64,000 nucleotides of DNA, taken from the NCBI GenBank assembly GCA_028707815.1, contig JAQWAE010000004.1:55986-119985 (forward strand), read 5' to 3'. Of the stretch, positions 36,558 through 45,396 are shown one piece after another. The notes under the pieces were generated by a model. That model had not been told where the DNA came from, made no database searches, and worked only from the letters and a program-made list of their open reading frames with translations. Every line of letters starts with the position of its first letter. Position 1 is the stretch's first letter. The translations under genes and the position numbers were made by a program. The stretch is from Bacteroidales bacterium (lineage in GTDB: Bacteria > Bacteroidota > Bacteroidia > Bacteroidales > BM520).

Positions 36558-39500
36558 ATACACTTATAATTTTATTTTCATCAACGATATAATCAAACTG
36601 TTCAGTATCGGGAATACTTTCCACATAGCACAAGTTCTCAGGTACTGACACGCAATTCTTCGCCAACGCCAAGTTATCCGCATCATCATCGGTAGCAAAG
36701 ATTTGTAACTGTTTTTTGACTAATGCAATTAGCAATGAAAATTCGCCCTGTCCACAACGTTTGACAAGTATTTTACCATTATCCGGCAACTCGTTTATCA
36801 TCTTAGTCCACGAATTTATATTTTTTAATTTTCTACGACAAGTTATCTCCGCATTATTACCTTTATAGATATAATTATAAATCACCAATTGTTTAAAATA
36901 TTCCGGTGTTTCTACTGATTTTACGATGTCTGCATATTTATTCACATAGAAAGCACGGATTTTTTGCGATATTTTTAAAGTTGGCAAGTCTTTTCTATAT
37001 GTTGCATCATCAGGTTTAATTCTGTCAGCGATTTCCACAGTAACAGTTCCCTTTCGGAGCAGGAACTCTTTTTTAGGCAACACCTGCCCCACGCCGTGAA
37101 TAATAATCGGCAGAATGTCAATGTTCAGTTGTTCTGCCAAATAAAACGCACCTTGATGAAAACGAAGTATAGAATAATCTATAGAGCGAGTACCTTCGGG
37201 AAATATAAGCACCGAGTAGCCTTTATCTATAAAACTTTTTAATTTCGGAACATTTTTCTCTATTCCGTCTGCAACCGGCAGATAATCAGCAAATTGCAAT
37301 ATCCATCCGTAAAAAATCGATTTACTGACCCATTCATTAGTAAGGACAACAATCTTCGGTGAAAGCATCAAAAGATACATCAAGTCGAGGTGTGACTGAT
37401 GATTGCAGATAATTACAGATGGCTTATCAAAACATTCATCGTTTTTATTTATGACATTACATGCAACTTGCGGCATAATCTTACTCAAAAATCGGAACGT
37501 TTTACATATTGCTACATGGAAATGATATTTTGCTTTATCACTTTTATGACCTAATACGACCATAAAAAAGCCCGTTATTGTCATAATTAAAGAGCCTATA
37601 ATAAAGCCGAAGAAAGATAAGCCGGTTTTTATCAAGCCCCAAAATGTAATCGGCACGAGACGTTGTCTGCCTTTTTTACGTGTCAGCCATTTGAATATCA
37701 ACGGCGGGAAAATATATGCCATCACAACAACGGATAACATTCCCACAATAGTAACTTCGGCAAGAGATTTCATGGCAGGATGCTTTGCAAAGATAAGCAT
37801 GCCTATGCCGATAAACATAATAGAAGACGACAAGAAGATGGAATTTTTAAATTGTGCCAGCATCTTGCGCCCATATCGATATTCGTACATTAATCCTTCT
37901 GTAACAAAAATAGAGTAATCATCACCCTGTCCAAAGATAAATGTAGCTAAGATAATATTTACAATATTAAATTTCATGCCTGTCATTCCCATGATACCCA
38001 GAATCCATATCCACGCAACAGCCAAAGGAATAAAAGCCATAATGCTTATTTCAAGTCGTCCGAAAGATATTAGCAGGAACACAAAAACGATGCAGCCGCA
38101 TATATAAAGCACATAATCGAAGTCATCGGACAAGGCATCGACCATTCGCGAGGCGATAGAACTGTCTGTAAAAGCAAATATTTCATCATCGATTTTGTTC
38201 AAAGTACACTCCACCTCATTCATGGCATTTTTATCCACAGTGAGAATATTATAAATCATAGATTTATCATTTTCAACTACCACATAAGATTCAGCCAAAT
38301 CGTGCATTACGGGTGCAAAATATTCTATTTTTTCCGGTTGAAATTTGCGATTAATCATTTCTCTGAAACGATTAAAAGATTCTGTTCTAAAGCCTGTTTC
38401 TATAGCGGCAGCATCAAATTCAGACAAGAAATTTTCACGTTTATCCTGCCAAAAATCATCCCACAGTTTCAGACGTTCTATTTGAACAGCTTGTGACGGC
38501 AGGAACACTCCTACTCCGCTGATTTTCTTTATCTTACCACTATTGGCAAGCGACTGTATAATCATTGATGCCGTTTCATTATTACTCAGTGCTTCGTCAA
38601 CGTCTTTTCCTTCGGCAATACAATACAAAGTCAAAGTAGTTGTATCTGTTTCTGCCACAAGTTTATCAAACGCATCGCGCTGTTCATCAGTCATATAATT
38701 GATAGCGTGCATATTCGTTTCAAACGAAGTACGTTTACTGAAGAAGAAAAAGACAACAGTTAGAATGATGACCGGCAGTACAATATAGAACTTCGTTTCG
38801 GGTGCAAATTCGGCAACACGTTTAAAAGCGAGAGTGCTTTCGCGAGATGATTTCATACGTTTAGACGGCAGAAAATGCGGTAGAAAAATAAGCACAAAGA
38901 GAATTGTCCCAACAAGAAGCAGCGAAGCAAACAAACCCAAGTCTTTCATAGCATCGGAGCTGATAAACAACAGGCTCAAGAAAGCTCCTACTGTGGTGAT
39001 ATTTCCAATCATCAACGGATTAACAATATCTTTTATGATTTGCTCCTTATCCGCCGTGCGCTTAAAATGCGACAGAAAATGTATTGGATAATTGATTGCA
39101 ATACCGAAGATGATAGAAGCAACGCCGACAGCAATAATCGACACCGGATTTTTAATCAGCGGAATTATGCCGAGAGCGAAAAGTCCGCCGAAAAGCACCG
39201 AAATAAAGATAAGAGAAATACTTCGGAAATTGCGATAATAATAAATCAGCAGAGCTAAAATAAATATGATAGACAATGCAATTGCGATAAAACTATCTTT
39301 TTTAATTTGAGTAGAATTGGTAAGAGACACTAAAGATGCTCCAAAGCTGCTTAACTCCACTTGTCCGTCAAGTTCAAGCTCAACAGCTTTCATCGCTTTA
39401 TCTATATTGGAAATCAGCTTGCCGTTATTATCGGTTTCACTTATCGGATAATTAGAATTAATAACCACAACAGCTTCTGTTTCTTCTTTATTAAATATGT

Positions 39501-40116
39501 AATCGTCTAAGTTATGATATTGTTCATTAAGTTGGAAGCCGGCAAGTTTTTTCAAAACATTTGATGAAAAGAACAGCGGGTCGGAAATGACAACCGGTTG
39601 CAAAGTACTTACCGGAGAGGCAAGCAACATTTTATCGTTATAAAGTTGTTGTCTGATATTGTCTTGTGTCAGCAACGTATCCATACGGGCATAGTCATCT
39701 TCCGTTAAAAAATACGGCATATTATTGATAACGAACTCGGTAACTTCGTTAATTTGTTGTTGAGTAACGCCATAAAATATTTCTTTAATATAATTTGAAG
39801 AATCGCTATCTTCCATTTTTTCTACGAACATATCGACAGCTTCCATCAACAGGTCGTAATCTACTTTCTGCGTATCGCCGTCTGCATCGGCATCTTTTAT
39901 ATTTACAACAATTTTATTTGAAGATCCAAGATGTTGATAAGCATAGTTGATCCTTTTATTATCTTCATTTTGAGGAAGAAAGCTGCTGATGTCTTCTACA
40001 AAGCGCAGTCGAGAGGCAGCAAAGCCCAATGAGACAACTAAAATGGCAAAAATTGTCCACAACACGACAGGCTGTCTATTCAAAAAATGATAAATATTTA
40101 CGAATAATTTTCTCAT
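36547..40116 (-). CDS. Fusion protein: MMPL/RND-type transporter + PlsC-type acyltransferase + methyltransferase-like C-terminal domain
   Basis: 1189 aa. About 800 aa form a polytopic MMPL-like part. This is followed by NHQSHLD (HX4D) and FPEGTRS, then a tail with the motif-I-like VKRCGQGEFSLLIAL. Confidence 0.85.
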   Translation of the reverse strand: MRKLFVNIYHFLNRQPVVLWTIFAILVVSLGFAASRLRFVEDISSFLPQNEDNKRINYAYQHLGSSNKIVVNIKDADADGDTQKVDYDLLMEAVDMFVEKMEDSDSSNYIKEIFYGVTQQQINEVTEFVINNMPYFLTEDDYARMDTLLTQDNIRQQLYNDKMLLASPVSTLQPVVISDPLFFSSNVLKKLAGFQLNEQYHNLDDYIFNKEETEAVVVINSNYPISETDNNGKLISNIDKAMKAVELELDGQVELSSFGASLVSLTNSTQIKKDSFIAIALSIIFILALLIYYYRNFRSISLIFISVLFGGLFALGIIPLIKNPVSIIAVGVASIIFGIAINYPIHFLSHFKRTADKEQIIKDIVNPLMIGNITTVGAFLSLLFISSDAMKDLGLFASLLLVGTILFVLIFLPHFLPSKRMKSSRESTLAFKRVAEFAPETKFYIVLPVIILTVVFFFFSKRTSFETNMHAINYMTDEQRDAFDKLVAETDTTTLTLYCIAEGKDVDEALSNNETASMIIQSLANSGKIKKISGVGVFLPSQAVQIERLKLWDDFWQDKRENFLSEFDAAAIETGFRTESFNRFREMINRKFQPEKIEYFAPVMHDLAESYVVVENDKSMIYNILTVDKNAMNEVECTLNKIDDEIFAFTDSSIASRMVDALSDDFDYVLYICGCIVFVFLLISFGRLEISIMAFIPLAVAWIWILGIMGMTGMKFNIVNIILATFIFGQGDDYSIFVTEGLMYEYRYGRKMLAQFKNSIFLSSSIMFIGIGMLIFAKHPAMKSLAEVTIVGMLSVVVMAYIFPPLIFKWLTRKKGRQRLVPITFWGLIKTGLSFFGFIIGSLIMTITGFFMVVLGHKSDKAKYHFHVAICKTFRFLSKIMPQVACNVINKNDECFDKPSVIICNHQSHLDLMYLLMLSPKIVVLTNEWVSKSIFYGWILQFADYLPVADGIEKNVPKLKSFIDKGYSVLIFPEGTRSIDYSILRFHQGAFYLAEQLNIDILPIIIHGVGQVLPKKEFLLRKGTVTVEIADRIKPDDATYRKDLPTLKISQKIRAFYVNKYADIVKSVETPEYFKQLVIYNYIYKGNNAEITCRRKLKNINSWTKMINELPDNGKILVKRCGQGEFSLLIALVKKQLQIFATDDDADNLALAKNCVSVPENLCYVESIPDTEQFDYIVDENKIISVYGA

Positions 40117-40853
40117 AGCAGATGTCTTTTAATATAATGGACGAGCATAGCGGGATAACCGTAAACGACAGCCAAGAGGCAGAAGCATGTATTCAGAATG
40201 CTTATACGGGCAAAGTCGCGAGCAGGTCTGAAATGCGACACACGATTTTCAGCATCCGGATAAAACACATTGATATTCAAAGGCACAATAGCTATTCCGC
40301 GCCACGCACATCTGACAAGGAGCTCAAGTTCGGCTTCATAACGTTTTGTGACAAGCCGCATTTTCCCCATTTTACGTAAAGGATACAGCCGAAAGCCGGT
40401 TTGAGTATCAGGCAATTTTTCCCCTGTTTGAAGAGTAAACCAGAAATTCGAGAATTTATTGGCAAAAGTATTCTTTTTGGGCATTCCATCACAACCAAGC
40501 TGACGACTGCCGATAAGCATTGCATCAGGATTATTTTCAATTAGATACACAAAAGCCGGAATGTCGGAGGCAAGATGTTGTCCATCAGAATCTATAGTAA
40601 TTGCATAGCGAAAGCCTCTATCTGTCGCAGCTTTAAAACCTTGACACAAAGCATAGCCCTTCCCACAATTTTTTTCGTATGATATTAATGTAATATTCGG
40701 AATATTTTGAACGATGTCTGAAGTAGCATCTGTAGAGCCATCATTGACAACAATGACATCAGGACAATATTGCAACACCGAAACAATGACTTTTTCGATA
40801 GTTGTCGAGTTATTATAAGTCGGAATAATTACACAAATGTCATGTTCTTTCAT
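40113..40853 (-). CDS. Family-2 glycosyltransferase, GtrB/ArnC-like (polyprenyl-phosphate sugar synthase type)
   Basis: VIIPTYNN, NDGSTDAT and DSDGQH motifs, with a C-terminal TM segment. ATG at 40853 forms a TGATG overlap with the upstream stop. Confidence 0.85.
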   Translation of the reverse strand: MKEHDICVIIPTYNNSTTIEKVIVSVLQYCPDVIVVNDGSTDATSDIVQNIPNITLISYEKNCGKGYALCQGFKAATDRGFRYAITIDSDGQHLASDIPAFVYLIENNPDAMLIGSRQLGCDGMPKKNTFANKFSNFWFTLQTGEKLPDTQTGFRLYPLRKMGKMRLVTKRYEAELELLVRCAWRGIAIVPLNINVFYPDAENRVSHFRPARDFARISILNTCFCLLAVVYGYPAMLVHYIKRHLL

Positions 40854-41218
40854 CAGCACACCTCCATTTTTATTTTGACAAAAACCATATCATCATGAAA
40901 TACTACTATGGTAAGCATGCTACTATCGTTATTTGCAGACTCGCGATGAATACGAAAACAGACCACAGGATTCTCCAACGGGCTGATAATATTTAAGAAT
41001 TTAATATTTTTAGCACTTTTGATTTGGAATTTTTTACAGAAAGCTATGCTTGCCAACTCAAGAGCAATTTTTACGACACATACACCCGGCGTAATAGGTT
41101 CTTCGGGAAAATGTCCTTTAAAGATGTCGTGGAACTTATTCAGTTCTATCTCAAATTCAACATCATCGCCATTAACGTTCCGTGATATAATATTGTAAAA
41201 ATTATCCATATCTGTCAT
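40853..41218 (-). CDS. Small hotdog-fold dehydratase (FabZ/FabA-like)
   Basis: 121 aa with GHFPEEPITPGV. Confidence 0.7.
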   Translation of the reverse strand: MTDMDNFYNIISRNVNGDDVEFEIELNKFHDIFKGHFPEEPITPGVCVVKIALELASIAFCKKFQIKSAKNIKFLNIISPLENPVVCFRIHRESANNDSSMLTIVVFHDDMVFVKIKMEVC

Positions 41219-41878
41219 TTAATTAAACACATCATCAAGAATTTCCGTATTAACTTTCTCATTAGTAAACATAATTTTAGTACTGTCGCCGTTAGCTTCT
41301 TCCATCACGACTTCATCAGCGAGAAAACTTTCAGCATCTAATCGTACCACTATCTTACCATAAAGAGCTTTAATTTTTCTGCTCTTTGGAGTTAAAACGG
41401 CATCTATGCCGCCATTTTCATTTTTTATATATTCGAGAGTGAAATTTTTATTATCAATAAAATTGTCACCATTTACGGTACTTATTATCATTTTGCCGAG
41501 TTCATCTATCATTTTATTGGGGGCATCAACCTGACCGGTAGCAGTCTTCAACAAAGATTTTCCTTGATTAAAAATAATGATAATCGGTTGAGGCTCTGTG
41601 TATTCCCATCTTAATTTATCAGGAGATTTAAAGTACATCTTCCCTTTTTGCACAACCGGTTCAGCGAATACGGCAGAAGTACGTTCCTGCACAAAATCTG
41701 CCTGCAAGCACAGGAGGTTGCTATGAGCGAGGACTACTTTATCCGCCACAGACTTATATTCTTCTTCCGTCAATATTTTATCGGCTTGAGCGTCAGCAGC
41801 TACTGTCTGGGCAAAAACAGGCACGGCAAAAGCCACAATTGTTATCAGGCATAAAATATGTATTATCATCTTTTGCAT
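41219..41878 (-). CDS. LolA-like outer-membrane lipoprotein-carrier protein
   Basis: The signal peptide begins at internal ATG 41878 (MQKMIIHILCLITIVAFAVPVFAQ). LolA-like block DFVQERTS...GKMYFKSPDKLRWEY. Confidence 0.7.
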   Translation of the reverse strand: MQKMIIHILCLITIVAFAVPVFAQTVAADAQADKILTEEEYKSVADKVVLAHSNLLCLQADFVQERTSAVFAEPVVQKGKMYFKSPDKLRWEYTEPQPIIIIFNQGKSLLKTATGQVDAPNKMIDELGKMIISTVNGDNFIDNKNFTLEYIKNENGGIDAVLTPKSRKIKALYGKIVVRLDAESFLADEVVMEEANGDSTKIMFTNEKVNTEILDDVFN

Positions 41879-41889
41879 TTTATTCTTTT

Positions 41890-42243
41890 TTATTTTACGA
41901 CAAAAAACACACCAATCATAATGATGACTACGCCGAGCCAGCGTGTCAAAGGTACAGCTTCGTGAAACACGAAACACGCAGCAAGCAGCCCGATAACATA
42001 ACTTATCGACAACATTGGATAAGCAACACTAAATTGGTAATGCTTAAGCACATACATCCATATAAACATTGCACTCAAGGCACATACACCTGAAGCTGCA
42101 AACTGCCATGTGGTAAATACTGTTTTAAAAAAGTGCCATGTCCATGCAAATTTTCCGAATAATTCCATGGAAATTTTCAAAAATGTTTGTGCTGCAACAA
42201 GCAAAACGGACTGTATTATTACAAAAATTATCAATCTAAGCAT
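41890..42243 (-). CDS. Four-TM EamA/SMR-like small membrane protein (ArnE/ArnF-like)
   Basis: 117 aa with four hydrophobic segments. It overlaps the upstream gene by 13 nt. Confidence 0.55.
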   Translation of the reverse strand: MLRLIIFVIIQSVLLVAAQTFLKISMELFGKFAWTWHFFKTVFTTWQFAASGVCALSAMFIWMYVLKHYQFSVAYPMLSISYVIGLLAACFVFHEAVPLTRWLGVVIIMIGVFFVVK

Positions 42244-43301
42244 GACAAAAGAATTATTGAATGGTCTATATTATGAAAATGATTATACACCAAGATATTT
42301 CGCGGGTTACGAATTTCATCTTTCGAAGAATACAGCAGGTGTGCAGGTACTTTTTTACGTGCGATAGCAGTAGCTGCAACATAAACGCCATAAGCTGACG
42401 AGCAGAAAGATTCTCCAAATATATGTTTATAGCACATCGCCGGTATATTTTGTGTTATTTGCAAAACAATATTTTTATACACCTCATCATTATCTTTATC
42501 TCCGCTGAAACCCATAACCACGGCATCGACATCGGCAAGTTTCATGCCATTAGCTTGGAGTATTGCGTTAGTTTTAGCTTTAATTTCATCAATTGAAGGC
42601 ATATATAACATTTCCACCGCTTTTATTTTGCAAAGAGCATCAAAAGTTTCTTTATTAGTGAGTACCATTGCTAATGAAGCATTTCCGGAAATAGAGCCGG
42701 CGGTGTTTGCAGAATGAAACGACTCTTCTGTCAGCGGTGCATCTTTCCAATAACCAACTTTTTGCAAAAGCGTAAAATAAGCCGGTGTCATCTCATCATG
42801 ACCGCCGACAAGCGCATTGGAAATCATACCAAGTTTCATCTGGACAAAAGCATCAAGAACACAAGCATCGAATGACGTTCCTCTATGGGAATAAGTTGTA
42901 TTATAGCCATGACATTTGATGAACAAAGCTATCTGCGAAGAAATCGTATTATGAGTCGACTGAATAAAATATGTCGGCTGTAGACAAGTTTCATCATTAT
43001 CTAAAACTGCATTTAAAAAATGCTCCGTATTTTCGATACAACCAAGTCCGGTACCTGTAATAACAGCTTCAAGACTATCGCCGGTAAGTTCGCACTTCTT
43101 TAACACGTCAACAGATGTAACGATAGCTCGTTTCATCAATTTCCCCATTCTTCTGGCAACCATAACCGGAATATAAAGCTTAAAGTCCGGATCTATAGAT
43201 TCGTTAAGTATCTTCTCTGAAAATACCGGACTATCGAACCATTGTTCGCTTAAAGGTTCCTGAGTAGATATTTGTGAAGCCGCCTGAATAAATATGTCCA
43301 T
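42231..43301 (-). CDS. KS-like chain-length-factor-type protein (no active-site Cys)
   Basis: Thiolase-fold-like length. The position of the KS Cys reads IQSTHNTISS. A start at internal ATG 43301 (MDIFIQAAS) removes a 32-nt overlap. Confidence 0.7.
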   Translation of the reverse strand: MDIFIQAASQISTQEPLSEQWFDSPVFSEKILNESIDPDFKLYIPVMVARRMGKLMKRAIVTSVDVLKKCELTGDSLEAVITGTGLGCIENTEHFLNAVLDNDETCLQPTYFIQSTHNTISSQIALFIKCHGYNTTYSHRGTSFDACVLDAFVQMKLGMISNALVGGHDEMTPAYFTLLQKVGYWKDAPLTEESFHSANTAGSISGNASLAMVLTNKETFDALCKIKAVEMLYMPSIDEIKAKTNAILQANGMKLADVDAVVMGFSGDKDNDEVYKNIVLQITQNIPAMCYKHIFGESFCSSAYGVYVAATAIARKKVPAHLLYSSKDEIRNPRNILVYNHFHNIDHSIILLSCLD

Positions 43302-43305
43302 ATTG

Positions 43306-44502
43306 TTATAATTTAGATAAAATACATGAAGAATCATTACCTCCGAAGCCGAAAGAGTTTGTCATTACGTGTGAAAGTTTCACATTGCGGATACATTCTT
43401 TCACAGGAGAAAAGCTAAGAGAATCTATTTTCTCCGAAAAATTAAGGTTATTCGGAATAAAATCGTTAATCATAGCGAGTACGGAGATGACGCTTTCTAC
43501 GCCGCCGGCTGCGCTGGTTGTATGACCGGTAAACGACTTAGTAGAAGACACCGGAGGTATTTTATCACCAAAGATGCGCATGATAGCTGCACCTTCGCTT
43601 TCATCATTATTGCCGGTACCTGTACCGTGAGCATTAATATAATCAATATCACCAGAATTTAGTCCGCTCATTTCCAATGCCTTAGCCATAGCCTTGCAAG
43701 CACCTTCGCCGGTTGCGGAGGAAGCTGTTTGATGGAAAGCATCACAGGCGTTGCCGTAGCCGGAAAGTTCGCACAGAGGCTTTACATTTCGCCTTTGCAC
43801 AGATTCTTCGGATTCAATAACAAGATATGCAGCACCTTCGCCAAGGTTAAGTCCCTGCCTGTTTTTATCAAAAGGCTTACATTCTTCTTTGTCAAGAATC
43901 ATAAGAGTATTAAATCCGTTAAGATGAAATTTGGAAAGACATTCGGTGCCGCCAACTATTGCTGCGTCAACATAGCCTGCCTTGATAAGATTAGCACCAA
44001 GAATAGCCGCGTTAGCGGCAGAAGAGCAAGCTGTAGAAATAGTTGTAACAATGTCGAATTTCCCTTCATACTGTTTACCTATCATATCCGTACAAGCACC
44101 GCAATCGTGCATCGCAATATACTCATTATGAGCATCATTATTCAAAAAGTCGTGATAATACAGCTCACTTTTTTCCATGCCGCCAACAGTAGTACCTGAG
44201 ATAAAAGCTAATTTACGCGGGCGGCAAAGATTTATATTTGCTTCTTCGAGAGCTTCTTTCAAAGCGACTCTTCCGAGCAGTGAAGTCCTTGTTATCGGCT
44301 TAGAAGAAGTATATCCGGCGATAGCTTTCAGCTCCTCATCATCACATTGCACCTCTCCAACGGGAAGTTCTATATGTTTTGTCTTAAGGTATTTAATAGA
44401 GCCTATTCCGGATTTGCCGTCCAACAACGACTGCACGGTTGCTGCCTTCCCAACTCCAATTGCGGAGATAATCCCCATGCCGGTAACAAGTATTTTATTC
44501 AT
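43306..44502 (-). CDS. Beta-ketoacyl-ACP synthase (FabF/FabB-type)
   Basis: Cys in ISTACSS, His in NAHGTGTG and His in GHTTSAAG. Confidence 0.9.
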   Translation of the reverse strand: MNKILVTGMGIISAIGVGKAATVQSLLDGKSGIGSIKYLKTKHIELPVGEVQCDDEELKAIAGYTSSKPITRTSLLGRVALKEALEEANINLCRPRKLAFISGTTVGGMEKSELYYHDFLNNDAHNEYIAMHDCGACTDMIGKQYEGKFDIVTTISTACSSAANAAILGANLIKAGYVDAAIVGGTECLSKFHLNGFNTLMILDKEECKPFDKNRQGLNLGEGAAYLVIESEESVQRRNVKPLCELSGYGNACDAFHQTASSATGEGACKAMAKALEMSGLNSGDIDYINAHGTGTGNNDESEGAAIMRIFGDKIPPVSSTKSFTGHTTSAAGGVESVISVLAMINDFIPNNLNFSEKIDSLSFSPVKECIRNVKLSHVMTNSFGFGGNDSSCILSKL

Positions 44503-44512
44503 CTGATGATAA

Positions 44513-44770
44513 TTATTTTGTTCTATGTTCTGAAACGTATTTTGCCATAGTAGCCACCGACTTAAAAATGTCGCGTCCTTCAGCGGCGTTAGCTAATTTT
44601 ATGCCGTAACTTTTTTCCATCAGCACTATCAATTCGAGTGCATCAATAGAATCTAAGCCAAGACCTTCGCCAAATAGCGGAGCATTCTCATCAATATCAT
44701 CAGGTGTCATGCCATCAAGGTTCAACACTTCAATAATTTCTTTCTTCAATTCTAAAATTAAATCTTCCAT
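44513..44770 (-). CDS. Acyl carrier protein
   Basis: 85 aa with the phosphopantetheine site in GLGLDSIDALE. Confidence 0.9.
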   Translation of the reverse strand: MEDLILELKKEIIEVLNLDGMTPDDIDENAPLFGEGLGLDSIDALELIVLMEKSYGIKLANAAEGRDIFKSVATMAKYVSEHRTK

Positions 44771-44778
44771 AATTTATT

Positions 44779-45393
44779 CTAAATTTTATATAAGTTATTA
44801 ATATTATTTTCTGATAGTTGTAGTTTATCTAAATCCGAAAAGCGACAAGCTCTAATCATAAGCACATCGCAGCCATTATCGTAATTTACCCAGCCGGCTA
44901 TCACATTAGACATACTCGGATTATTAAGAATATCTTTTATCGCATTATACATCTTTTCAGCGGAAAATTTTTCATATATATAAAACGATGTTTCTCCGAA
45001 AATCTTATTTCTGATAGCTATCTCGCCGGTTACAATATTAGCGAGAGTATAGACGAACACAGCCGGGCTTGGAAAGAAATTTTCTTTATCTGATATAGTC
45101 TGCTGATAGATTCTGTCATCATCTATAGACGAAGCGTTGTTAAGGCACACGACAGAATAATCTTCACGTGCGGCAGATGTTTCAGCGTTACGCATTACAA
45201 CTTCAGCTGCCAAAAATCCTGCTTTCGCCTGATTATCCATTTTGAAGAACTTCGGATATTGTATTCCTAAAGTACGATAGACGGTGTTCAGCCATGCAGA
45301 ACCTTTTTCGCAAGTGCGCATGAGGATTGTCTTACCGTCTGCGACTACGCAATCATCTGTAATTCTGCAACTTGATAATATATATGCTTCCAT
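44779..45393 (-). CDS. Half-size KS-like protein without catalytic residues
   Basis: 204 aa. The blocks MDNQAKAGFLAAE and PSPAVFVYTLANIVTGEIAI mimic the KS N-terminal half, but LAN replaces the Cys site. Confidence 0.5.
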   Translation of the reverse strand: MEAYILSSCRITDDCVVADGKTILMRTCEKGSAWLNTVYRTLGIQYPKFFKMDNQAKAGFLAAEVVMRNAETSAAREDYSVVCLNNASSIDDDRIYQQTISDKENFFPSPAVFVYTLANIVTGEIAIRNKIFGETSFYIYEKFSAEKMYNAIKDILNNPSMSNVIAGWVNYDNGCDVLMIRACRFSDLDKLQLSENNINNLYKI

Positions 45394-45396
45394 CTG

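Noticed and set aside
43250-43390. An apparent one-base discrepancy (an extra C near 43260, a missing T near 43380) when I hand-translated the KS/CLF junction. This suggested frameshifts.
   Set aside because: The ORF track gives intact, family-consistent proteins across both sites, and coordinates agree again on either side. This is most likely my own reading error in homopolymer runs and not a real feature.
44779-45393. The 204-aa KS-like protein considered as the missing DarB (dialkylresorcinol KAS III).
   Set aside because: It is too short, lacks a catalytic Cys and resembles the N-terminal half of FabF-type KS rather than FabH-type enzymes. DarA cannot be excluded by eye, but no DarB-like gene is present in the window.
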